Positions 1-9,030 of a stretch of 64,000 nt of DNA are shown here, one piece after another; the stretch's first letter is position 1, and the number at the start of each line of letters is the position of its first letter. Where the stretch lies: positions 62,001 through 126,000 of the IMG/VR virus record IMGVR_UViG_3300043411_000942. One strand, given 5' to 3'. The position numbers were made by a program, and so were the translations under genes. The notes under the pieces were generated by a model. That model was not told the DNA's origin, did no database searches, and worked only from the letters and a program-made list of their open reading frames with translations.

Positions 1-16
1 GGTAAGGGTTGAACCA

Positions 17-277
17 GTGATCTTCGAGCCAGGCTACTACTGGATCAAAGGTCATGGTGTCTGTAAGTACTCCCATGCCACTGGAGGGCTAGCTTACAAC
101 ACTGGGGAGCCTACTCACGTTGTGAACCCCTACCAGTTCGATTCAAACAAATTTGAAGGGAACCTCTACATCGAAACTTCGGACATCACCAGACCAGCGT
201 CTGAAAAAGAAGCCAAGTCGTACAAGGCAGCAGTTCGGAGAAAGCTCACGTCTTCAGGCGTGAAAAGAAAAAACTAG
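17..277 (+). CDS. hypothetical protein
   Basis: 86 aa ORF ending immediately at the first class-1 promoter. Confidence 0.6.
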   Translation: MIFEPGYYWIKGHGVCKYSHATGGLAYNTGEPTHVVNPYQFDSNKFEGNLYIETSDITRPASEKEAKSYKAAVRRKLTSSGVKRKN

Positions 278-305
278 TTAAGGCCGTTACCCCAAAGGAC
301 GTAGG
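277..305 (+). promoter_or_regulatory. class-1 promoter GTTAAG-N17-CGTAGG
   Basis: ATG 313. Other + copies: 1373, 1702, 2020, 3171, 4359, 5196, 6828, 7432, 8996, 10084, 11161, 11834, 12129, 13753, 14059, 15700, 18642, 39895, 45213. Confidence 0.85.
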
Positions 306-312
306 TCTCTAC

Positions 313-426
313 ATGAACTACGATGACTGGAAAGCGACGGACCCCCGAGACACTGACCGCGACTATGACCTCGAAGGAGAGGAAGACCACTTCGAGATCG
401 AAAAAGACTACTCTGGTGAAGACTGA
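313..426 (+). CDS. small acidic protein (37 aa, MNYDDWKATDPRD...), not in ORF track
   Basis: ATG 7 nt after CGTAGG of promoter 277-305; open to TGA 424-426. Confidence 0.6.
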   Translation: MNYDDWKATDPRDTDRDYDLEGEEDHFEIEKDYSGED

Positions 427-530
427 TTCCGTGTGACCGTGTACTCCTGGGATACCCAACAGGTGACGGCTCTGCCTTAGGGAGCGTTAACAACGTCTAT
501 TCAACCAACCCGGCACGGGTGTAGAGTATT

Positions 531-1112
531 GGGTAAGTGCTGACACCTCGGAAAGACGGGGAAATTTCTTAACTCCTACTGGCGAGACACGTTAAGTGTC
601 GGGACACATGTGAACTAGAGTCACAGAACCAACGTAGGAGCTGTAGTCAACCTAGCAAGTCAAAACGTAGACTCCGGAAGGTAGCCAACCCTCTTCGGAC
701 GAGTCAGACCCAAGTAGGATGGCGAAGGGTAAAGCCGAGAGGCGAGCAAAACCCATGCCCCGAATTTGCTGCGGGGCGCTTTTCTTACTTTGAGAGTTGA
801 AATGCACATCCGTGACTGGGTTGCCGTAACCTGAGGGTCTCATCCTTCCTCTAGCCTCGGCAATTCGGAGCACACCCACAGGCCTGATGAACCTGGACGG
901 TTCGGTTCAAACCCGTGTGTAATGGGACACTAGCTCCCACGTCATGTGCTAGGGTTACGGGTGTGCTTTTCAACTTTCCAAGTAACTACAAGCACTTTTC
1001 TTCTTCATAGGTCTGGAAGCCAAGCGGTCTAGTTTGAGGAGACTGATCCTCTCTGTGAACTAGGACGTGGGGTCAACGCACGGGAAAACCTAGCCCTGCT
1101 TCCAGACCTATG
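531..1112 (+). ncRNA. candidate large structured ncRNA (possibly two domains, 534-997 and 1006-1112)
   Basis: No credible ORF. Stems: 535-541/991-997, 573-579/634-640, 712-719/783-790, 795-817/953-975 (23 positions, with G-U), 1006-1020/1098-1112 (15 bp perfect). GAAA/GAGA/UUCG loops. GGTGTA motif at 518-523. Confidence 0.65.
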
Positions 1113-1353
1113 GGGTAGGGGACTTCTTAACTACCGAGGATAAAAATGAGAGATATAGTTGATTGGACCGAAATGACACCAGAAGAGGAGGCGGAGTTGG
1201 CGGACAGAAGAATGAGGACGTGCCAGGCATGCATGGGCTTTGGTGGCCACGGAATCTCCGGCACAGCTCAGTGGTCCGAATGCTCCGCATGTGGCGGTAC
1301 TGGGGCACGACGCTCATCTAAGCACGGGAAAACCTAGCCCTGCTTTCAGACTT
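1078..1353 (+). repeat. 32-nt direct repeat (1078-1109 and 1322-1353, 2 mismatches) flanking a one-gene insert
   Basis: GCACGGGAAAACCTAGCCCTGCTT(C/T)CAGAC(C/T)T read at both positions. Confidence 0.9.
1146..1337 (+). CDS. small DnaJ-type zinc-finger protein
   Basis: CQACMGFGG and CSACGGTG (CxxCxGxG) repeats. Confidence 0.7.
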   Translation: MRDIVDWTEMTPEEEAELADRRMRTCQACMGFGGHGISGTAQWSECSACGGTGARRSSKHGKT

Positions 1354-1372
1354 GGTTCTTTTGTCTATTGTA

Positions 1373-1401
1373 GTTAAAGACACCTCCAAGCCGTACGTAG
1401 G
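1373..1401 (+). promoter_or_regulatory. class-1 promoter
   Basis: GTTAAA-N17-CGTAGG-N7-ATG. Confidence 0.85.
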
Positions 1402-1408
1402 TCTCTAT

Positions 1409-1651
1409 ATGAACGACTCAAGCTACCTCGCTCTCTGGCAAGCTGGAAACAACGAGGGGGACGGCTACATCCCCGACTTCGGAGGCGATGACGTGCATGC
1501 AGCTGCCGCAGCCTATGAGGGTGAGGGGGCCACCGTGATCCACTGGTCTACCACGGACGATGACGTGACGGTTCTGGACTACTACGGTGTAATGATCGCC
1601 ATTGGGGACGCTCACGGTCCTTGGGCTGTCACGATCGACCGGGGTATCTAA
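1409..1651 (+). CDS. hypothetical protein
   Basis: start moved to ATG 1409 behind promoter 1373-1401. Confidence 0.7.
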   Translation: MNDSSYLALWQAGNNEGDGYIPDFGGDDVHAAAAAYEGEGATVIHWSTTDDDVTVLDYYGVMIAIGDAHGPWAVTIDRGI

Positions 1652-1737
1652 CCATGCGCTACATTGGAAAACGACGAAAGCTTCGTCAGTGGGTGGTTTG
1701 AGTTAAACTTCCTAGACAACTCTTCGTAGGTACAGAC

Positions 1738-2001
1738 ATGAACACCTCCTCTAAGATTACGGTTGGCTCCTCGGTGAAGATCCTGAAGGGCTGTAAGGCT
1801 AGGAACGTTTCCGTGGGGTCTGCTACGATCAAGGACGTGACCGAGCTGGGGAAGGATTACGGTTACTCCGTACGGGTCCTCCTCGCCTACAATGGACGGC
1901 TTATCGCTTTCTACGCGAGGCACCCTAACCGGCTGGCTGACCCTCAGGTTAGCCTCAACGATGGGAACCCCCTCCACAACATCAAGATTTGCCTTTCTTA
2001 A
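1738..2001 (+). CDS. hypothetical beta-rich (SH3-like?) protein
   Basis: ATG behind promoter 1702-1730. Confidence 0.7.
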   Translation: MNTSSKITVGSSVKILKGCKARNVSVGSATIKDVTELGKDYGYSVRVLLAYNGRLIAFYARHPNRLADPQVSLNDGNPLHNIKICLS

Positions 2002-2101
2002 CGTAATTGGTAGAGTGAGGTTAACTCGAACCTCACTCATTACGTAGGTCTCTACGGACAACTCAAGTTACGATGAAATTCATTACAAAGGACGAACTAC
2101 G

Positions 2102-2287
2102 ATGAACCCCCCTACGGTTGCAGAGCTTCGCAAAGTGTACTTCGCAGGTTTCTTGGAATCTGCGAGAGATGTAAACTCTAAGGAGGACCCGAGGGATGCA
2201 GGATACCGGGCCTTGTTTGAGTTCGGGCGAGCTTACGGGCGAGATTACAAGGACTCAAGGGACCCAACCACTCAGGCCCCAGAATGA
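2102..2287 (+). CDS. hypothetical protein
   Basis: ORF coupled by ATGA to next gene. Confidence 0.55.
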   Translation: MNPPTVAELRKVYFAGFLESARDVNSKEDPRDAGYRALFEFGRAYGRDYKDSRDPTTQAPE

Positions 2288-2522
2288 AAGTCCCCTGCTT
2301 CCAAATTTACCACACTTACCTGGACAATGGTAAGTACCTCTTCTCATCTCTTTTCGCCCCGAGTTGTCCAACCACGGAGGTGGCTAGGGGTTCCGCAGAC
2401 TCAGTGGTTGCTGCCTACTACGGGCTTCGTAGTTTGTACCTAATCCCTCCACCACTCTGTAGCAACCTCACTAGATTACCGATCCCTCCAACCCCACCAT
2501 TGGTGGGTATCAAGTAGGGCCT

Positions 2523-2834
2523 ATGGGAGTCAAACTAGCCATTACTCCTGGTGCCGCCCGTGTAAATTCGGCGTACATAGCTCACACGGCTCCCAACATT
2601 GTGTGCATCGAGATCGACATGCACTCCAAGTATGCCGTCAGTGAGTCCTCCGAGGATGGAGACCAGGACTTTGCGCCAGCGATCTACATTGAGGCGGACG
2701 AGAGAACCCTCCATAAGCATACCAGATTCAAGAGGGATACTCGGGTAGCCTTCCCGGAGTTCAAGGGCTGGAAGATTTACCTCCAGAGTTGTTGTCGCTA
2801 CACATGCCGTGTAGTTTTGGTTCGAGGAGCGTAG
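2523..2834 (+). CDS. hypothetical protein
   Basis: 103 aa ORF in + block. Confidence 0.6.
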   Translation: MGVKLAITPGAARVNSAYIAHTAPNIVCIEIDMHSKYAVSESSEDGDQDFAPAIYIEADERTLHKHTRFKRDTRVAFPEFKGWKIYLQSCCRYTCRVVLVRGA

Positions 2835-2844
2835 GTTTATTTTT

Positions 2845-3165
2845 ATGCAAGACGTTTTTTGGGTATCCCAGCCGCCGCCAAACATTGGAATTCACCGTAA
2901 CATCACATCTCAACTAATTTCAATTCAAGGTATCCTTTGTGCTCTCGTCGTTCCGACCCGCGTAGCGATCCTACAGGCTATCGCGGAGAGCCCACTCACC
3001 ATGGGCGTCCTCGCCAAGCGGGTGGGGAAATGCCAAGCTACCATTTCAAGTCATGTGAAAATTCTTGAGGCTGCTGGGCTCGTCACGGTGACGTGTAAGG
3101 GGCGAAGGAGCTTTGTCAAGGCCAGATACAAGGACATCAGGCTCGTCTGCGATGTGATGGTGTGA
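2845..3165 (+). CDS. ArsR-like winged-HTH transcriptional regulator
   Basis: PTRVAILQAI...LAKRVGKCQATISSHVKILEAAGLV pattern. Confidence 0.8.
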   Translation: MQDVFWVSQPPPNIGIHRNITSQLISIQGILCALVVPTRVAILQAIAESPLTMGVLAKRVGKCQATISSHVKILEAAGLVTVTCKGRRSFVKARYKDIRLVCDVMV

Positions 3166-3206
3166 AACCAGTTAAGAGCCACTCTCAAGAAAACGTAGGT
3201 CTCAAT

Positions 3207-3431
3207 ATGAGCAATCGTAAAGACTCCCAAGGCTTCGATACGAAGGTGACCTTTCTGGGAAAGGGTTACGGGGTTCGAGTTCTCCGAAACGGCAAAGTCG
3301 TGTCGGAAGCTACGGCACCTACAAAACTTCAAATCGGTTCGACCATCAAAGACATGCTCCGCATGATCGACAAGTGCGGGAACCCAAGCGAGATGGCTAG
3401 CTCCTCTCGCGACCGCAGAAAGACTGCTTGA
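3207..3431 (+). CDS. hypothetical protein
   Basis: start moved to ATG 3207 behind promoter 3171-3199. Confidence 0.7.
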   Translation: MSNRKDSQGFDTKVTFLGKGYGVRVLRNGKVVSEATAPTKLQIGSTIKDMLRMIDKCGNPSEMASSSRDRRKTA

Positions 3432-4132
3432 TGCTCTTTAGAGATATCCCGCCATTCACTAGGTCATCCAGCTACATGGTCAACGTGGGGCTGGATTACC
3501 TGTCTGCTCACTACGCTCGGTACGTCATACATTACGGGCTCGACGTGAATCCAGACTTCCAACGCAACTATGTCTGGACTCCGGAGCAAAAGACTCGATT
3601 CATGGAGTACTTCCTTCGAGGGGGTACGTCAGGGTTGGACATCTACGTGAACTCCCCAACGTTCCACGGTGGGAACTTGGGTCCAGAACACCCTGAGTCC
3701 TGGTGTGTTCTCGTGGACGGCAAGCAACGTCTGGACGCGGCCCTTGGGTTCCTCAACAACGAGGTCCCTGTTTTTGACGGACACTATTTCCGAGACTTCA
3801 CGGACAAGCCAAGGTTCACTCAGTGCAACTTTCGCTGGCATGTCAATGACTTGAAGACTCGCGAGGAGTGTCTTCAGTGGTACCTGGACCTCAACTCTGG
3901 TGGGACGGTCCACCAGCCTGAGGAGCTAGACAAGGTACGAGAGCTTCTGGCTAAGAATGAGCCGTACGCTAAGCCGTCTCACGAAACCATCCTAAGTCAG
4001 TCTCGACTCGACCGTCCATCGGTCCAGGAAGAGGTCCAACTGATTGCTGTAGAGCAGGAGAAGTACCGCCTCACGGCTGAAACGCGAAAGCAGAGCCCAC
4101 CTCCCATCAAAAAGAAAAGTAACAAGAGGTGA
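3428..4132 (+). CDS. DUF262 / ParB-like NTPase domain protein
   Basis: PDFQRNYVWT and VLVDGKQRL motifs. Confidence 0.85.
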   Translation: MMLFRDIPPFTRSSSYMVNVGLDYLSAHYARYVIHYGLDVNPDFQRNYVWTPEQKTRFMEYFLRGGTSGLDIYVNSPTFHGGNLGPEHPESWCVLVDGKQRLDAALGFLNNEVPVFDGHYFRDFTDKPRFTQCNFRWHVNDLKTREECLQWYLDLNSGGTVHQPEELDKVRELLAKNEPYAKPSHETILSQSRLDRPSVQEEVQLIAVEQEKYRLTAETRKQSPPPIKKKSNKR

Positions 4133-4359
4133 ACCAAGTTATGTATAGGAGCCTCAGAGGTCGTCTATGTGAGGCACAGAAAGAAGTTAAAGCGCTGAAG
4201 GCGGAGCTTCTGGCCCTACGGGAGGTAGTATGGGAGGTCGTAAACGACATGGCTCCCTCCGAGGCCTATGTCTACTACACTCCGCAGAGGGAAGCCCTTC
4301 GGGCCGCTCTCGTCAAGGCACCTAAGTCCACTGACCCAGCAAATAATAACGCAGGTTAG
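4129..4359 (+). CDS. hypothetical coiled-coil protein
   Basis: GTGA overlap with upstream gene; EVKALKAE heptad. Confidence 0.55.
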   Translation: MNQVMYRSLRGRLCEAQKEVKALKAELLALREVVWEVVNDMAPSEAYVYYTPQREALRAALVKAPKSTDPANNNAG

Positions 4360-4387
4360 TTAAGTCTCCACTCGCTAGTTACGTAGG
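4359..4387 (+). promoter_or_regulatory. class-1 promoter
   Basis: GTTAAG-N17-CGTAGG-N7-ATG. Confidence 0.85.
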
Positions 4388-4394
4388 GTCTAGC

Positions 4395-4592
4395 ATGAGA
4401 GTTAAAAACCAGATCGTCGAGTGTGAGCTGACAGAGGAAGACATGGCTGTTCTGAGGGACATGGCCTTCGAGTTCAAACGACGAGCTTGGAGGCTTCTCA
4501 AGAACTCAAACCCTGACTTGAGTGGGACGGCTACCGAGTCGGTAGCCACGCACCTATGTAACGACCTGATCAAAGAGGTTCAATTCCGATGA
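4395..4592 (+). CDS. hypothetical protein
   Basis: ATG behind promoter 4359-4387. Confidence 0.7.
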   Translation: MRVKNQIVECELTEEDMAVLRDMAFEFKRRAWRLLKNSNPDLSGTATESVATHLCNDLIKEVQFR

Positions 4593-4876
4593 GCACCTCA
4601 AAGTTTCGAGTCTGCGTTAAGCTACACAAGACTGAAGAGCGAAAGTCTTACTTCGAGGGTCCCTGGAGGAAGTCTCCTGAAGCTGCCCTTGACTCCTTTA
4701 CGAAGGTGCTTGTAAAGCACTCCTTGCAGGAGAAGACCCTCTACGAGCCATTCATTATTGAGTGGGATGGGGTTAAGGCTTCAGTTCGAAGTCGGGGTGT
4801 TGCCTCCGGTCTTACCGATCGTGGGTTGGTTGTAGACTCCCCACTGAGCAGCAACGAAATGAAAACGGTCCCGTGA
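4589..4876 (+). CDS. hypothetical protein
   Basis: ATGA coupling. Confidence 0.6.
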   Translation: MSTSKFRVCVKLHKTEERKSYFEGPWRKSPEAALDSFTKVLVKHSLQEKTLYEPFIIEWDGVKASVRSRGVASGLTDRGLVVDSPLSSNEMKTVP

Positions 4877-5193
4877 AAGTACGTACAGTCAACCACATCC
4901 TAAATGACTTGCTGGCAGCTCTCATTGCTGCTCAATGGTCTGGAGGTGCCTACCCAGGACCAAGGTGTTACTGCCATGGGGATGGTTCACCTTGCTGCCC
5001 CTCCTGTGAGGCACTCGCAACGAGGTGTGCAATCGATCCTAGACGTACCGCAACTGAGCCGAACGAGCACAAGCCAAACTGTGCCTACATGGCCCTCATG
5101 CGGGAAGCTCAAGCCTATCTGGATGTTGAGAACACTCTCGCGAAGGAGAGAGGCGAAGAGCCGATCGAGGAATCTCATCTGAATTGGACTTAG
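4873..5193 (+). CDS. hypothetical Cys/His-rich protein
   Basis: GTGA coupling; CxCH...CCxxC. Confidence 0.55.
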   Translation: MKVRTVNHILNDLLAALIAAQWSGGAYPGPRCYCHGDGSPCCPSCEALATRCAIDPRRTATEPNEHKPNCAYMALMREAQAYLDVENTLAKERGEEPIEESHLNWT

Positions 5194-5231
5194 GGGTTAA
5201 GTCTAACCCTCAGACCTACGTAGGTGTTTAC

Positions 5232-5387
5232 ATGGGCAGCATCAAAACCTTCCGAGTTGAGTTCACTGTTGAGACCCGTAAGGGAAGCACCAAGCGGGTC
5301 GCTCTTGAGGGCAAGCGCCTTGAGCCCCTCCTGAAGAAGATCGCGCAGCGTGACGGATACAACGTCCTGACAAGCTACGAAGTGTAG
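5232..5387 (+). CDS. hypothetical protein
   Basis: ATG 5232 behind promoter 5196-5224. Confidence 0.65.
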   Translation: MGSIKTFRVEFTVETRKGSTKRVALEGKRLEPLLKKIAQRDGYNVLTSYEV

Positions 5388-5402
5388 AAAGAAGAAGACC
5401 AA

Positions 5403-5684
5403 ATGAAAATCGAGATTTCCCAGGCCGAGCTTTCCGAGTTGATTCTCCAGCTGAAGGCCGTCCAGAGTGACAACGTGCCCAGCAACCCAGAAATGGACGG
5501 CTTCCAGCAGAACAGGAAGACCGCTTTTATGCGAGAGTTCTCCTGCTTGGTTAAGGCTATCAGCAGCAAGCATAAGATCTCTGCGATTCGTGCCGTTCGA
5601 GCTATGAGCGGGATGGGACTCAAGGAGGCGAAGGATGTCGTGGAGAGTGTTGACGACACGTTCTGGTATCCGCCTCAGGGCTAA
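5403..5684 (+). CDS. ribosomal protein L7/L12 C-terminal domain protein
   Basis: KISAIRAVRAMSGMGLKEAKDVVE matches the bL12 CTD helix-turn-helix. Confidence 0.85.
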   Translation: MKIEISQAELSELILQLKAVQSDNVPSNPEMDGFQQNRKTAFMREFSCLVKAISSKHKISAIRAVRAMSGMGLKEAKDVVESVDDTFWYPPQG

Positions 5685-5687
5685 GAA

Positions 5688-5903
5688 ATGAGTTTCCCAA
5701 CGTTCGTCGCCTACCACGAGCATGGTCTTGGTCGTGCAGACAAGTACCGAGTTGAAACCAGCAGAGAAGCTGCAATTCAACACGCTACAACTTACGGCCC
5801 TGGTCGTATCGTAGTCCTGGACGAGAGTGGGAGTCTTCAGGTCTGGGTTGTCGAGGCAGTTATTACTTACAAGGCAACCCAGTGTAACCCTAATGTTGAA
5901 TGA
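5688..5903 (+). CDS. hypothetical protein
   Basis: 71 aa ORF in + block. Confidence 0.55.
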   Translation: MSFPTFVAYHEHGLGRADKYRVETSREAAIQHATTYGPGRIVVLDESGSLQVWVVEAVITYKATQCNPNVE

Positions 5904-6108
5904 TCGGATAGACGCCCTCGCTGCCTACCTCTCGCGTATCCAAGAGATTCGCGAGAGGCGGGAAGAGTACAAGAGAACTGCTATCGCTCTCTCCAAAGAG
6001 CACTGCCCGGTGTACTACATGGAGAGGGAATGCTCTGACTGTGCCCTCAACATAAGACTTGCGGTAATGACTCGTGTCCGTAAAGACACTGGGTCTACCT
6101 GCCCCTAA
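5893..6108 (+). CDS. hypothetical protein
   Basis: ATG 5893; Cys motifs CPVY..CSDC. Confidence 0.5.
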   Translation: MLNDRIDALAAYLSRIQEIRERREEYKRTAIALSKEHCPVYYMERECSDCALNIRLAVMTRVRKDTGSTCP

Positions 6109-6124
6109 ATCCACATCAGGATCC

Positions 6125-6832
6125 ATGTTCACCATTGAGAAGACTGAGCCTAGTGTGCGGTACCGATTGCTCTTGGTACCCATCGAACAAATTTCGCCGT
6201 CTATGTACAGAAAGGACCGGCTACATGTTACCACCTCTGTGGCTCAGTATGCTACGCGTGAGGACATAGTTGCGCTGATACCTGAGGACCGAATCAGCCC
6301 AACAAGCCCTCCGTCACCCGAATGGCACGCATGGCATCAGACCCAGATGGCGATCGATTACCACCGTCGAGTTGACGAGCCTGGATCGGATACCGTACGC
6401 CGCCTAGCGAGGGAGCGAGATACAGCTAACGTTGAGGTGAAGGCTCTGAAGGCAGAGGTGAAGGCTCTGAAGGCAGATCTTGAGCGTCAGCAAAGTGATG
6501 CTAAGCTTTGCATCGAAGACCTGGAAAGGTCACTCGATTTCCAGACTAAACGTTGCGAGTGGCAAAGGTCAGAGATGGGGGTCCTAGAGGACCGGGCGGC
6601 AAAGGCCGAGCGGCAATGCGTAGATCGCATTGCCGCTATTCGACAAGAACAATGCCTTTTGACGAAGGCTGTCTCATTGAAGGTGGCCCTAGATATCGCA
6701 CCTTGCTCTGAAAATCCATATTGTTGGAGGATTCTCTACAACAATAAAGGGACGCACGGTATTTCAGCAGGTGACCCCTCCGAGGTCCACAGTAAAGTGG
6801 CTTCAATCCTAGCTAGATTCGAAAACAGTTAA
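6125..6832 (+). CDS. coiled-coil protein with 21-nt tandem duplication (EVKALKA x2)
   Basis: long ORF, start uncertain (6074 or 6125); TAA stop lies inside the next promoter -35. Confidence 0.65.
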   Translation: MFTIEKTEPSVRYRLLLVPIEQISPSMYRKDRLHVTTSVAQYATREDIVALIPEDRISPTSPPSPEWHAWHQTQMAIDYHRRVDEPGSDTVRRLARERDTANVEVKALKAEVKALKADLERQQSDAKLCIEDLERSLDFQTKRCEWQRSEMGVLEDRAAKAERQCVDRIAAIRQEQCLLTKAVSLKVALDIAPCSENPYCWRILYNNKGTHGISAGDPSEVHSKVASILARFENS

Positions 6833-6856
6833 ACCTCCACCACCCAGTTACGTAGG
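6828..6856 (+). promoter_or_regulatory. class-1 promoter whose -35 contains the upstream TAA stop
   Basis: GTTAAA-N17-CGTAGG-N7-ATG. Confidence 0.85.
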
Positions 6857-6863
6857 GTTCTAC

Positions 6864-7127
6864 ATGACAACCCGAGTAAAGTCTGCTGAGGAAATGGCGC
6901 TTGAAACTGAATTCCAGCGTCGACGGAACATGGTGAGCTGCAACGTCCTCTATGAGCAGGGGGGCAAGCGCTCCACGTCCGTTACCCTTACCGTTCTTGG
7001 TGTAGAGATCGGTACCCGTACCGAGTTCACCACTCGCGGTAAGGTGTCCTCGGTCCTCATCACTCTCCCTTCGCTGGACCGCCTTAACGCGCTCCTTTCC
7101 CTTCCTGTCGCTGGCACGGAAGCTTAG
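6864..7127 (+). CDS. hypothetical protein
   Basis: ATG behind promoter 6828-6856. Confidence 0.7.
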   Translation: MTTRVKSAEEMALETEFQRRRNMVSCNVLYEQGGKRSTSVTLTVLGVEIGTRTEFTTRGKVSSVLITLPSLDRLNALLSLPVAGTEA

Positions 7128-7235
7128 CCACTTGGGTAATTACGGGAACCGGGTGTGGGTGTACCACTGAAGTGTGTCCCGGATCTGGGAAGCCCACCAT
7201 TCTCTAGGATTCTTGGAGGGGGAGGTTAAAGACCT

Positions 7236-7436
7236 ATGAGTAAAGTGAGGCAATACGTAACCACGGGAGCCAGTTTATACGATACGGACGATCGAGGGTA
7301 TAGGGTGTACCTAGAGCCAAGGATGGTACCCGACCCCGTTCCTCCTGACTTTACTGACACCTGGGATCTAAAGTCGTCCATTGAGTATGACGGCAACGTT
7401 CTTTGGTTTTGGCAAAGGGATGTGGAGTCCAGTTAA
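7236..7436 (+). CDS. hypothetical protein
   Basis: 66 aa ORF ending in TAA of next promoter. Confidence 0.55.
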   Translation: MSKVRQYVTTGASLYDTDDRGYRVYLEPRMVPDPVPPDFTDTWDLKSSIEYDGNVLWFWQRDVESS

Positions 7437-7467
7437 ACTTCCCCCTCCCATACCCGTAGGTGCTGCT

Positions 7468-7665
7468 ATGTGCGAATGTTATCAAGTTGGAGGTCCGTGG
7501 ATTGCAGAGGACCCAAACTGCCCTACTCATGGAGATGAGGCTCGATCGCGAGCTACCAAAGCTGCCAGTCTTGAGGATGAGGTCGAGCACCTTGAGGCCG
7601 AGGTTGCTCATCTTACGCGAAGACTCGAAGCTTTGGAGCGTGCTGTCTTTGGGAAGACCTTATGA
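7468..7665 (+). CDS. Zn-ribbon plus coiled-coil small protein
   Basis: ATG 7468 behind promoter; CEC...CPTHG. Confidence 0.65.
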   Translation: MCECYQVGGPWIAEDPNCPTHGDEARSRATKAASLEDEVEHLEAEVAHLTRRLEALERAVFGKTL

Positions 7666-7925
7666 AAGCTCGTAACCCGTTGCCATTCGTCACCCCTCCA
7701 TCCAATGGGAGCCGTATCCTCCTGGAGGGTACCAAGGAGGTCCTTGGGTTGTTCTTTGGCTCCTACTCCAGGGACTATCACCTTGCGAGGTATACGCCCT
7801 ACGGTGGAGGCCCTAGAGACACTCTCTGTAGTCAGTACGTTGGCATACTGACCTCCTCGGCTAGTCCCGAAGGCCTCACTTGCAAGATTTGCATCAAGAA
7901 TGCAAGAAAGATTATCAATGCCTGA
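7662..7925 (+). CDS. hypothetical protein
   Basis: ATGA coupling; HLAR...TLCS...TCKIC. Confidence 0.6.
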   Translation: MKARNPLPFVTPPSNGSRILLEGTKEVLGLFFGSYSRDYHLARYTPYGGGPRDTLCSQYVGILTSSASPEGLTCKICIKNARKIINA

Positions 7926-8189
7926 CACGAAGCCTTGGCACCCTATGGATGCCAACCTAGAGCCAGAGAGGGCCGAGAAACTTACCCCTGACATATCTAC
8001 TGAAGTAGGTTGCGAGGAGGGGAGCGCTGATACTCCTGAGGCTGGGGTCGGTTTGGAGACAGTTGCGATCGAGATGCCAGTTGTAATGCTGGAACTGAGC
8101 GAGGGGTACGAACAGTTCCCGTTGCCGTATGATAAGTGGGTTATCTTGGTGACTCGGTTTACTAGGCTCCACAACAAGCTCAAGTAGTC

Positions 8190-8993
8190 ATGTACAAATA
8201 CACAGCACACATACGCCTACTTGATACTTCAAAGATCACGTACCGTCCTGAGCTGCATGGAGAGCTTACGCGAAGCTCTGTGTTAGCCACGCGGCTCAGT
8301 AAAGCCCTTGCCAAGGTGATTTTTGCCTCCAAAGCCCTCCAACTTCTAAAGACTGAGGAAGCTAGAGCCGCACACAATAGGGCGGTTCTAGCTCTACTCA
8401 AAGTGGAGGGAGAGCTGCTCGAAAATGTAGAAAAGTGCGGGAGTCAGAGGCGCTCGGTAACCACAACCCGAACCGCAGTTACTACCACTAATCCAACGTG
8501 GCCTAAGCACAAAGCCCCTGACCCAGTCCGTAAGCATGCGAAACTTCTAGAAGCTGTCTTCCAGCCAGGGGATGGCCCACAGGATCTTGTGGGTAAGCTA
8601 ACGTGTGAGGCTACCCAAGGGAAGCCTCTCGAAGAGCGCTTCTGGAGAGAAATTGTAGGCTTCCGTAGGCTACGGCACGACACTCGTCTCACTGTGGCCA
8701 AGAAATTCCTGGAGAGATCCGTGACATCCCAGATTACTCATGTAGCAATCAAGTTTGGTCTTCGGGTAGAGTGTCTCCCCCGACCCAATCGACACCACCA
8801 TGTGCTGCATGCCATCAACCTCAAGGGTGGTCGCAGAGAAGAGCGTGGGGTGGAGGGGTTTCTCACAAGCGATGGAGACTTTCTCACTCGGGAAGAAGCG
8901 TACACGCTTGCGAAGCGAAATGGGCAGTTTGCACGTCAAATGAGGCCAGGTTGCTATGACGGCCCCAAGCTTTTCTCAGAAGACCTGTGGTAG
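8190..8993 (+). CDS. two-domain hypothetical protein with a common phage C-terminal domain
   Basis: C-terminal RHHHV...EGFLTSDGDFLTREEA...LFSEDLW, recalled from phage proteins. Confidence 0.7.
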   Translation: MYKYTAHIRLLDTSKITYRPELHGELTRSSVLATRLSKALAKVIFASKALQLLKTEEARAAHNRAVLALLKVEGELLENVEKCGSQRRSVTTTRTAVTTTNPTWPKHKAPDPVRKHAKLLEAVFQPGDGPQDLVGKLTCEATQGKPLEERFWREIVGFRRLRHDTRLTVAKKFLERSVTSQITHVAIKFGLRVECLPRPNRHHHVLHAINLKGGRREERGVEGFLTSDGDFLTREEAYTLAKRNGQFARQMRPGCYDGPKLFSEDLW

Positions 8994-9030
8994 TCGTTAA
9001 ACTTCCAGCTTGGGCTACGTAGGAGACTAC

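Noticed and set aside
886-915. Hammerhead ribozyme (CTGATGA) or tRNA (GGTTCAAACCC)
   Set aside because: No GAAA after stem II for a hammerhead; no acceptor or D arm around the T-loop-like sequence.
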